Shown piece after piece: positions 49,822-61,800 of a DNA stretch of 64,000 nucleotides (position 1 is the first letter of the stretch; each line of letters starts with the position of its first letter). The notes beneath the pieces are model-generated. The model was not told the origin of the DNA, ran no database searches, and saw only the letters and a program-made list of their open reading frames with translations. The position numbers and the translations under genes were made by a program. Source of the DNA: Octopus vulgaris (lineage: Eukaryota); assembly GCA_951406725.2 (NCBI GenBank), contig OX597828.1:13144001-13208000 (forward strand), written 5' to 3'.

Positions 49822-50090
49822 TTCGTCCCTTTTGCTGTCCTGGTGTCCGTATGCATTCGATCCTTCTTCCAGGAAATCTACGCTCCCAGCTTAGTTTTTC
49901 TAATGCTCGTTGCTTAGTTTTTCTTGGAGGGCTGGCCGTGATCTAGTAATCTCAAGATTAATCAGCCGAAATTACTACGATGATCCGGTTCTTGACTGAA
50001 GACTGAGGGTTTCGAATGTCCTGTCCGTGTTTATTGTATCGTCTTCTAAGAGTTATACGTTCTTGTCCATGTTGTATTTTTCTTCATACC

Positions 50091-50094
<4 letters not shown>
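48858..50094 (+). mobile_element. Non-coding element with ~360-bp direct terminal repeats (Penelope-like partial tandem?)
   Basis: 48858-49215 and 49733-50094 near-identical; (TA)n on both sides; no TG..CA ends seen. Confidence 0.7.
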
Positions 50095-50138
<44 letters not shown>

Positions 50139-50169
50139 TACATACATATACATACACATACACACATAT

Positions 50170-50499
50170 AAGTAAAGGTTATTTGCCAATGGAATATGGC
50201 TTCCCTGAAAGGGACGATTGTTACTGTTGTTTAGCCCTAGGAAACATCGTTTCCAGTTGGCTATACGACACAATATCTGTGTTCCTATATTTTCAAAAAC
50301 ACCCCCATCCAGCACAAAGCAACATCTGTGGACCGGCTTCTTTGTACTGGATGGAGGTGCTGGACTCCCTTTCCAAAAACATAAGGGCACAGTTATTGTG
50401 TCGTATAACCAGCTGGAAATGATGTTTCCTGAGGCTAATCAACAGTAACAACCGTCCTTTCCAGGACTGCCACATTATGCTGGCAAATAGTCTTTACTT
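50170..50499. repeat. ~330-bp foldback (MITE-like hairpin)
   Basis: Arms pair along most of their length, from AGTAAAG..TATTTGCCA / TGGCAAATA..CTTTACT inward. Confidence 0.85.
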
Positions 50500-50505
50500 T
50501 AAAGA

Positions 50506-50848
50506 ACTTGCCCAAGGTCCCATTGTGTGGCACCTTGGGCAAGTGTTTTCTACTATAGCCTCGGGCCGACCAAAGCCTTGTGAGTGGATTTGGTAGACAG
50601 AAACTGAAAGAAGCCCGTCGTATATATGTATATATATATGCATGTGTGCGTTTGTCCCCCTAGCATTGCTTGACAACTGATGCTGGTGTGTTTACGTCCC
50701 CGTTACTTAGCGGTTCGGCAAAAAGAGACCGATAGAATAAGTACTGGGCTTACAAAAGAATAAGTCCCGGGGTCGAGTTGCTCGATTAAAGGCGGTGCTC
50801 CAGCATGGCCGCAGTCAAATGACTGAAACAAGTAAAAGAGTAAAGAGT
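50506..50848 (+). mobile_element. SINE family A (5' truncated)
   Basis: Matches the body and tail of 40912-41301. Confidence 0.85.
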
Positions 50849-50942
50849 AACTGCTAATGAATATCTGTCTTTGAGAGATTTAGAAATAAAAATGTTTCTA
50901 TTTATATATACTTAAATTTTCTTCTTTCTTTTTTTCAATCAG

Positions 50943-51004
50943 CCCCATCAAGCACTGAATTCGAGATGTCAATGGATATGGCAAATGTATCCATTATACA
51001 TTCA
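50943..51004 (+). CDS. AGBL2: AGBL2-like exon with probable start codon at 50966 (MSMDMANVSIIHS)
   Basis: Strong pyrimidine tract plus cAG, donor GTGAGT; phase 0 joins the next exon; the frame is open upstream of the ATG, so an earlier start is possible. Confidence 0.6.
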
Positions 51005-54000
51005 GTGAGTATTCTTATGAACATTATCAAAAGTTAGATCATTATCATTGCCGCCACCACCACCACCACCACCATGAACATCATTCTCGTCTTCAGTATA
51101 AACCCTCATCAACAATATCATCACCATCATCATCATCACTACTGCAGTCACCACCACCACCACCACCACCACCACCACAATCATTGTTATCATTATCATC
51201 AAATTTCCCATGCTCCTTCTGCACAGTGTGTCTCACCACTCGTCGCCTATGCCCCCACCCCTTCCATATCCTCCTTGGTTTTCTACTTGGGATCACTTAA
51301 CTCCTCTCTCTTCACCTATCACCCACCAGCTTTATTACATATCCATAGTTACAGGGGCAGGTATGGCTGTGTGGTAAGAACCTTGCTTTCCAACCACATG
51401 GTTCCAGGTTCAGTCTCACTGCATGGTACCAGGGCAAGTGTCCTCTACTATAGCCTTGGGCTGACCAAAGCCTTGTGAGTGGATTTGGTTGACAGAAACT
51501 GAAAGAAACCCATCATGTGTATATGTATGTAGATATATATATATATATATATATATATCATCATCATCTTCATCATCATCTTCATCACAAGGCTTTAGTT
51601 GGCCCGAGGCTATAGGAGAAGACACTTGCCCAAGGTGCCATGCAGTGGGACTACACCCGGAACCATGTGGTTTGTACATACATTTTCTAAGCCATTCATT
51701 TATACCTCTTTACTCCCAGGGTACAGGGTGTGATACACCATCAAAACCTTTCTTTGTGTGTATGAATGCTCAACATAGTGGCTTACTCTCTGCTAGAATT
51801 TCCGCTACAGCTCTTAGCAATGATGTCTAACATTCTTCTTCTGTAGTTGTCTCACTGAGATGAGAGCATGAGTGGTACTTTATCCTGAGACAGATCCAGA
51901 TTGCATCTCATCTAAACTATTCACCTTCCTTACTAATCTCTATATATATATACAAACGGCAAAATGTCTGTGTGTGTGTCCTTTATACAAATCCACGATT
52001 TTTCAGTTAGAGGGCTCGCACTTTCTATGGTCATTGAAAACCGTCCAAGGGTGGTCGTGCCACCCTGCAAAGCCATTAAAAAAAAATTCAATAAACCAAC
52101 CCCTTATGTTTCGGGTAACAAAAGTCTTTAATTCAAGGGATGTGACTTACTCCAGCAGAATAAGTACTAGGCTTACAAAGAATAAATCTTGTAGTTGATT
52201 TTTTCCAGCATGGCCACAGTCACATGACTGAAACAAGTAAAACAATAAAAAAACTATGCCATTTTAATCCCGAGCAAGGCCAGGTATCTCTTTGTGTTAC
52301 TTTCATAACTTGATCAATCAGTTTGATTATTCTGTAGTTGGTTCTTTGTAGATCAGTCATGGACATACTGAATGGCTTGCCTAACGAAAAATCATCTTCA
52401 ATTTTTTTAGTAGTGGAGCCCACCTGATGAGACAGTGCCACGTGACAACTTGCCGGGGCTGCCTGCTGGAGCCTAGCTGCAGGTATTTAAAGGGAAAATT
52501 TTGACAAGTCAGTCAGTCACCAGCTGACACTCACTGACGATATATCGAAGAGGCCAAGGAACAGAAGAAAGGAAGAAGACATGCACCAAACACCAGAGCT
52601 GAAGACACCTACGAAAGGGGGAGGGGCCCACCACGTCAAAACGGTAGAGGAGTAGGGGCCGAAACCGGACGTGGTTCCTCCTGATGATGTCTTGAGCTAA
52701 CTGGATCCTATAAAGGAGCTGTTGTGGTAGCAGACCACGAAACACTGTTGTAATTCTTCCGTAGAGGAGCCCACCTGATGGTGAACCATGTATCATGCAG
52801 CTCCTTCTTAGAAAATGAAACCCATGCCTGTTCTAGAGTATTTCTATTTCCTTTACAGCAGTTGATGATGAGACTGCCCCGCCAGTCATTGAGTTTGACA
52901 CCTACTTTTTTTCCTAATCAACTGCACTGTCACTCTTTCTGTTACATTTCATAATTTCCTTCCTTCTACCTTCCTTCCTTTCTTTCTGTTTCCTTAAACT
53001 CCCTTTTTTTTTCCTAACTGATCTTCCTCTCTTTCTCCAATGCTATTCTAATGTCTCTTCCATTTCTCTGCTTCCCTCTCTCTTTCTCTTCTTTGCTTCA
53101 CAGTTTCTCTTATTTTAATGGTAAGTTCTTCTCCTATCTCTCTTCCTCTCTCTCTCCTACTATCTTGTGCTTCTCTACCTTTTCCCACTCTTCATAGAAA
53201 GCTTTTCTGCTTCCACTCTTGTCGGCTCTTCTTTACTTTATTTTTACTTTAGTAATTTTAATTTCTTTTGCTGCCACTCTCTCTCTCTCTCTCTCTACTA
53301 CCATCTCTTAATTCTTTCCACCTTCCCCCCCCTCGCTACTATTTTTGACTTCCCTTTCTCTCCTATTCTTTCTACCCCTCCTCCTCTCTCTATCTCCTAT
53401 TCCTTTTGTTTCCCTCCTATTCTCTCCCTTTCACTTCCTCATTTACATTTCTATATCTATTATCATTCAAATTTCACATTTGGTGCTCATATTTGAATAC
53501 CATTTGCATCTTTCCTTTATTATACAATTGCAACTGTATTTGAAATAGCATTTCTTCAATTTCTTCTTTTACTTACAATTGCCTTTCGATTAATAAAGTT
53601 TCCATTAATATTGTTATATTTCAGGCTGGTAATTTTTTTTTTTTTCCCTTGCCAAATAAACTCATGTGCTATATATTCGTTCTTCACTTATTTATTATTG
53701 TTCTTATCTTATAAGGCGGCAAACTGGCAGAAACATTAGCACGCCAGGCAAAATGCTTAGCAGTATTTCGTCTGTCTTTATGTTCTGAGTTAAAATTTCA
53801 CCGAGGTCAACTTTGCCTTTCATCCTTTTGGAGTTGATAAATTAAGTACCAGTTGTGTACTGGGGTCAGTCTAATCGACTGGCCCCCCACCTCCCCAAAA
53901 ATTTCAGTGCTTGTGCCTAGAGTAGAAAAGATTATTGTTCTTATCTTATCTTATGTCTGGACACCTTTGATTATGATTTGATTATGCTTCTCAAAAATCA

Positions 54001-57000
54001 ACTTCTGTTGACACCATGCTCTAAGATCTGTGACATAGGTGCAGGCATGGAGTGTAGTTCAGAAGGTCACTTGCAACCACAAAGTTTCAGGCTCAGTCCC
54101 ACTGTGTGGCACCTTGGGCAAGTATAACCCCAGGATGACCAATGCCTTGTGAGTAAATTTGGTTGATGGAAACTATATGAATTATATAATTATATAAGGT
54201 GGCAAGCTGGCAGAAATGTTAGCACACTGGGCGAAATGCTTAGCGGCTTTTCGTCTGCCACTACGTCCTGAGTTCAAATTCTGCCGAGGTCAACTTTGCT
54301 TTTCATCGTTTTGGGGTCGATTAAATAAGTACCAGTTACGCACTGGGGTTGATATAATCGACTTAATCCATTTGTCTATCTGTCCTTGTTTGTCCCCTCT
54401 GTATATAGCCCCTTGTGGGCAGTAAAGAAATAAGGAAATTATATGAAAGCCCATATGGACACATAAGAGATGTAGTAATGTCAAAGGAAGACTAACTAGG
54501 AAAATAGTTTTTATCTGTGGCAGATGCTCAGGAGCAATAAACTCTGAAAATATGCAGAAACCAACTTCTACCACGTTCCAGGGAGAAAAACTAGAAGTAG
54601 TTGATAGCTTCCGCTACCTAGGTGACCAAGTCAGTAGTGGGGGCGGGTGTGCTGAAAGTGTAACTGCTAGAGTAAGAATAGCCTGGGCAAAGTTTAGAGA
54701 GCTCTTACCCCTGCTGGTGACAAAAGGCCTCTCGCTCAAAGTAAAAAGGCAGACTGTATGATGCATGTGTATGTACAGCCATGCTACATGGTAGTGAAAC
54801 TTGGGCTGTGACTGCTGAGGATTTGCGTAAGCTCGCAAGAAATGAAGCTAGTATGCTCCGTTGGATGTGTAATGTCAGTGTTCATAATCGACAGAGTGTA
54901 AGTACCTTGAGAGAAAAGTTGGACCTAAGAAGCATCAGTTGTTGTATGCGCTGGTATGGTCATGTGGCGAGAATGGATGAAGATAGGTGTGTGAAAAAGT
55001 GCCACACCCTGGCAGTTGAGGGGACCTGTGGAAGAGGTAGACCCAGGAAAACCTGGGACGAGGTGGTGAAGCACGACCTTCGAACTTTAGGTCTCACCAA
55101 GGAAATGACTTGAGACCGAGACCTATGGAAGTATGCTGTGCGTGAGAAGACGCGGCAAGACCAGTGAGAACAGTCAAAATCAAAATCAAACCAAATCAAA
55201 TCAGATATCAGAAAGCAGAACCAAAATTGAGGTCGATCAACATCAGTGGAAATTGCAGCTGTGGTTAAGCGAACCATCCGATCGTGGTCGTTGCCGGCGC
55301 CACCCCGTCTGGCCTCCATGCCAGTGGCACGTAAAAGCACCATCCATTTGTGTCCGCTGCCAGCCTCGCCTGGCCCCCATGCCGGTGGCACGTAAAAGCA
55401 CCATCCGTTTGTGTCCGTTGCCAGCTTCACCATCCGATCGTGGTCGTTGCCGGCGCCACCACGTCCGTTGCCAGCCTCACCTGGCCCCCGTGCTGGTGGC
55501 ACGTAAAAGCACCATCCGTTCGTGGCCGTTTGCCAGCTCTGCCTGGCACCTGTGCGGGTGGCACGTAAAAAGCACCCACTACACTCACGGAGTGGTTGGC
55601 ATTAGGAAGGGCATCCAGCCGTAGAAACACTGCCAGATCTGACTGGGCCTGATGAAGCCTTCCAGCTTCACAGACCCCAGTTGAACCGTCCAACCCATGC
55701 TAGCATGGAAAACGGACGCTAAATGATGATGATGATGATGATGATATATATATAATGGAGAAATTATACAAAGTGTCTAAATAGATGATGAGTAAAGCAC
55801 CAGCACAGTTTCAATTACCTGTTGTTATTCATAGATTTATTGTGGTAACTTCATAGTGGCAGTTGGGGTAACAGTATGAATAAAATAAATGGAATGTGTA
55901 ATAGACTTTATTGGGTACAACACATGTTTCGACCCGTCCTGGGTCTCTTCAGGTACATCAATAAAAAGTCTCACTAGAGATTTCCTGAGTTGGCTAACAT
56001 ACTGCTATATGTCCATCAAATTTGAGAATGAGTAAAAACAGAGAAAAATTTATGTATATATATCATCATCATTTAACGTCCATTTTCCATGCTGCCATGG
56101 GTTGGACGGTTCAACTGGGGTCTGGGAAGCCAGAAGGCTGCACCAGGCCCAGTCTGATCTGGCAATGTTTCTATGGCTGGATGCCCTTCCTAATGCCAAC
56201 CACTCAGTGAGTGTAGTGGGTGCTTTTTACGTGCCAGGTGAGGCTGGCAAACGGCCACGATCGGATTGGTGCTTTTTACGTGCCACCGGCACGTAAATAT
56301 ATATATATGTATATATGTATGTATGTATTGGGTCATCCCATAAATATTGCAAACCTTCTGACCTTTGGTGGGTGTTTGAAAATTTGGGTAGGAAAATTCA
56401 ACCTGTATGTCTTAACCCTTTAGCATTTAGACTATTCTGTCAAATGTAATACTTATTTATTCACATTGTTTAGAATTAATTGTGCATTATCTGATAGCTT
56501 TGAGTTTTCGATGATGTGATTGTCTGTTTTTCAGAATGACATTGTAGGATGGATGTGAGAAGTCAGATCTAGCCAGTTTGAACACAAAGCAGGTAGAATA
56601 TTTGAGCTGGATATGGCTGGTTTAAATGCCAAAGGGTTAAAATACAGTATCTCTGCTTTCCAGATGACTTCCTTTGGAACTAACATCATTTAAAAAGGGG
56701 ATATTTATCTCAACCTTTGATAAGACTTACACATTTTTTCCCCAATGAAACAACTTTCAGCAACAGAACCATGTCCTATGGGTGACTTAACAGACGGGCT
56801 CAACCACTAAGCTGCATGCTTCCACACACACATGTATGCATTTTTAATTGATCTCTGCTCTTGAAATATGAGACTAGTTTAAATTAACGATGTTGAAAAT
56901 TATACACTTTCTGTTTTTTTAGGACAATCCATATGACAGCTTCATGAGAAAACATTTGCAGTACTATGGCTACTACAAAGGTCTGTTCCATTTTGTCTTA

Positions 57001-58852
57001 TTCTTCTTCTACATCTGTAGATCAGCTCAAAGACATATTACACTTCCATGTATCCAAATATGGCCATATCACATTAAAAGATTTGCATCTGAATATTCAT
57101 TTGAGTATGTATATATTTTACTTCCTCGGTAAGGAGGAGGTTACTTCGCAACCACATGGTTCTCGGTTCAGTCCTGCTATATGGCATTTTGGGCAAGTGT
57201 CTTCTGCTATAGCCTTGGGCCAAGCAAAGCCTTGTGAGCGGATCTGATAGATGGAAAGTGTATATATATATATATATATATTTAGCCCTTTCAATATCAA
57301 CAAGGCTGAAACTGCCTCTGGCTCTGTAGTACAAATGTCTTGTTAAATCTTCCATGAAACCTTAGTCATAATTTATGTTCCTAACACCAGCATAATGATA
57401 ACATATATATATTTAACCCTTATTTTACCGCATTTATTTTGAGATGCTCTGTGTTTCTTTCAATTAATTTTAAATATAACAAAGAATTTAGTAAAATAAC
57501 TTTGTTATCATTATGCTGGTGTTAGGAACATAAATTATGACTAAGGTTTCATGGAAGATTTAGCAAGACATATATATATATGTGTGTGTGTATTTGAATG
57601 TATATGTGTATGTGTGTGTATTTAAATGTATATGTGTATGTATGCATGTGTGTGTATTTAAATGTATATGTGTATATATGTTTGTGTGTCTTTATGTCTG
57701 TGTTTGTCCCCCACCACCCCTTGACAACCAGTATTGGTATGTTTATGTCCCTGTAATTTAGCAATTTGGCAATTGACGCCAATAGAATAACTACCAGGCT
57801 TTTAAGAAAAAAATTACTGGGGTTGAGTTATTCGACTAAAAAACAATTTTTAACGGCATTGCCCCAGCATGACTGCCATCCAATGACTGAAACAAGCAAA
57901 AGATAAAAATTATGTATTTTAAAAAATATACTTGGTTAAAATTATGTATATTTCATGGGCTGATACGTCTCTTGCAGGTATGGTTGCTCTTCATCATCAT
58001 CATCATCATCACCATTATACTTTAACATCTGTTTTCTATGCCGGCATGGGTTGGATGGTTTTGACCAGAGCTGTCCAACAGGCGAGCTGCACCAAGTTAT
58101 AGTCTGATTTGGCTTGGTTTCTATGACTGGATGCCCTTCCTAATGCCAACTACTTTACAGTGTGCACTAGCTACTTTTAACATGGCACTGCATGAGTGTT
58201 TATATGTGGCACCATCGTGGGTGCTTTTTAGGTGGCACAAGCACATGGCTCATGCTAGCCTATTCTCTTCACTAGAGGAGAATGGGTCTTCTTGAGCACA
58301 GTAAGGTGCCAGATATCTCAGTCTTTTGTCATCTCGTCTGAGAGGCTCAGCATCCAGAGGTTGTCCTTCAGCACTTCATTCCATGTCTTTTTTGATCATC
58401 CTCTTCCACATGTTCCATCCACTTTGAGAGATGGGAACATCTTTATGGAGCTGTCAGCATCCATCCACATCACATGACCAAACCAGCACTGTCTTCTTTT
58501 TTGTACACTGCATTTGCAGATCAAAACCGTTTTTCCATGCATGCATCAATCAGACCAGAATACATTGGGATAAAGTTTGCTAAAACCGGATGCCTTCCTG
58601 ATGCCCACCCTTATCTGTTTCCAAGTAACAACAAACATCATGGGATGTTTGATGTTTGATAGGAAGTACTTGGCATCAGGAAGGGCCTGCAGCTGTGTAA
58701 ACCATTTCCAAAGTAGGCATTGGAACACAAAACAGTCCTTGGACCTATTGAATTCTGTCAAACTGTCCAACCCATGCCAGCATGGAACATGGATGTTAAA
58801 TGATAATGCTCTTTATACACACACACACGCAAATTATATATGCATGTATGTG

Positions 58853-58897
<45 letters not shown>

Positions 58898-61800
58898 ACA
58901 GGTGTGGCTGTGTGATAAGAAGCTTGCTTCCCAACCACATGGTTCCAGGTTCAGTACCACTGCATGGCACCTTGTGCAAGGGACTTCTACTATACCTCTG
59001 AGCTGACCAGACCAAAGTCTTGTGTGCTTGTGAGTGAATTTGGTAAATGGAAACTGAAAGAAGCCTGTCATATGTATATGTGTATGTGGGTATACACACA
59101 CACACACACACACACGTATATATATTTCTTTCTTTATAAGTTCAGTGATTTAATAGCTTGTTTGTATTTATTTTTCTTGTAATTGTCAAATCAAATAATT
59201 TTGATTATTTTTGCAGAAGATTGTAATAATGTTCAAAAAAAGAATAAACAATATAAGAAACAAGATGAGGAGGAAGATGAGGAAGAAGAAGAAATGGAAG
59301 AAAACAGAGAGAGTGTTGAAGCTAGACGGGTAGAATCTTTACAATTAAATGATGATAACAGTTTCAATAATGCTTCCAATGCATCTACACTTTTCAGTAA
59401 GTAATTAACATATACTATTAACGAATGCTAGTAGGGTGCCAAGAGCACCATCCGAGCGTGATTATTGCCAGAGCAGCCAACTGGCTTCCGTGCCAGTGGC
59501 ACGTAAAAGGGCACCATTCGAGCGTGATCGTTACCAACGTCGCCTTACTGGCACCTGTGCTGGTGGCATGTATAAAAAGATTTGAGTGAGCCCGTTGCCA
59601 GTACCGCCTGATTGGCCCCCATGCCAGTGGCACGTAAAAAGCACCCACTACACTCTCGGAGTGGTTGGCGTTAGGAAGGGCATCCAGCTGTAGAAACTCT
59701 GCCAAATCAAGATTGGAGCCTGGTGCAGCCATCTGGTTCACCAGCCCTCAGTCAAAATCGTCCAACCCATGCTAGCATGGAAAGCAGACATTAAACGATG
59801 ATAATGATGATGATGATGAATGAGTCTTCTTGTTTGCATGAATCACTTGTGATTATGGCATTAACTTTTTATAATTCAGATTACTGGTGCACCACCAGAA
59901 GTGTTAAGACCAATTCTTCTGGTGACGTAAAGCACTCATGGTGGTGCTACATGAAAGCACCTGTGTGGTGCTATGTAACAGCACCCATGTGGTGACATGT
60001 AAAAGTGTCCATGTGGTACAATCCTATGGTCATTCATGACTTAAGGGGTCTTTACCCATCATCCAGCCCTAATATTTTACTTGTTTTATGTTCAAAGTGG
60101 CTATATCCAGCCTCTCACCCACTACCCTACAATGTTATTCTGAAAATAAACAATTGCATCATTGAAATCTCAAAGCCACATGATGATGCAGGTTTAATTC
60201 AAGACAATATGAATAAATAAGCATTAGATTTAACAGAATAATCTGAATGCTAAAGGGTTAGGCAGAGTTCACTCTGTAGCAAGCATTCATAGCCAGGCTT
60301 CTGGTCTGAGCATGACTTACTTCTTCCCTGCCCCTAGTCTCCAAAGCCTTTGGAAAAACGTTTATTTTAGGTGTTGCATGTCTAAAAAGTAAAGGGTAAG
60401 ACACAAAATTGCATCACTGTAAATACATTAACCCTTCAGTACTCAGGTTATTCTGTCAGTTGTAATGCTTACTCTCTTTTACTCTTTTACTTGTTTCAGT
60501 CATTTGACTGTGGCCATGCTGGGGCACCGCCTTTAGTCGAGCAAATCGACCACAGGACTTATTCTTTGTAAGCCTGGTACTTATTCTATTGGTCTCTTTT
60601 GCCGAACCACTAAGTTACGGGAACGTAAACACACCAGCATCGGTTGACAAGTGATGTTGGGGGGACAAACACAGACACACAAACATATACTCACACACAT
60701 ACATACATACATACATACGAGGCTATAGTAGAAGACACTTGCCCAAGGTGCCACGCAGTGGGACTGAACCTGGAACCATGTGGTTCATAAGCAAGCTACT
60801 TACCACACAGCCACTCCTACACTTATTTATTCATTGTTTTGAATTGATCATGCATTATTCTGTGGCTTTGAGATTTCAATGATGCAGTGGTTTATATTTA
60901 GCATGACATTGTTAGACAGGTGTGAGGTAAAGTTACCTTCTCGAGACATGCCGACTCATTAGGGCTGGTTTCCATGGCATGTAAATTCCCGACCTGGATG
61001 GGATGCCGATCTATCACAGGGTTACTCATTTTTGCCAGCTAAGTGGACTTGAGCAATGTGAAGTGAAGTGTTTTGCTCAAGAACACAACACGTTGCTCAG
61101 TCCAGGAATCAAAACCACGTTCTTATCATCATGATAACCACTAAGCCATACGCCTCCATGACAAGTGTGAGAGACTGGATATGACCAGTTTGAACATATA
61201 TTTGATAGAATATTTTAGCCAGATATGACTAGTTTAGATGCTAATGAGTTAAGCACACCAAGCAAGATGCTTGGTGGTATTTCATCCATCTTTACATTCT
61301 AAGTTCAAATCCTGATGAGGTTGACTTTTCCTTTCATCTTTTCAAGGTTGATAAAATAAGTACTGGTTGAGTGCTGGTGTTGATGCAATTGACTTAACCC
61401 CCTCCTCTGAAATAAATGGCTTTGTGCCAAAATTTGAAATTATTGTTAATGTAAAGTTTAAGGCAGCAAGCTGGTAGAATTGTTAGCACACTGGGAAAAA
61501 TGCTTAGCAACATGGCATCTGTCTTTACATTCTGAGTTCAAATTTTGCCAAGATTGACTTTGCCTTTCATCCTTTCGAGGTTGATAAAATACGTACCAGT
61601 TAAATACTGGGGTTGATGAAATTGACTAACTTCCTCCCTCAAAATTGCTATCCCTGTGCCAAAATTTGAAACCGTTATTAATGTAAAGTTTGAAACATAA
61701 ATTAATATTCCTTTCTGTTATTAGCACAAAGCCTGAAATTTCGGCGGATGGGTCCAGTCAATCAGATTGACCCCAGTATGCAACTGGTACTTAATTTATC

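Noticed and set aside
51074-51478. 134-aa His-rich ORF
   Set aside because: Translation of (CAC)n/(CAT)n microsatellite running into a SINE.
54960-55624. Long overlapping ORFs of 163-180 aa
   Set aside because: Open frames arise from GC-rich tandem units in the RTE 3' UTR; no protein motif.
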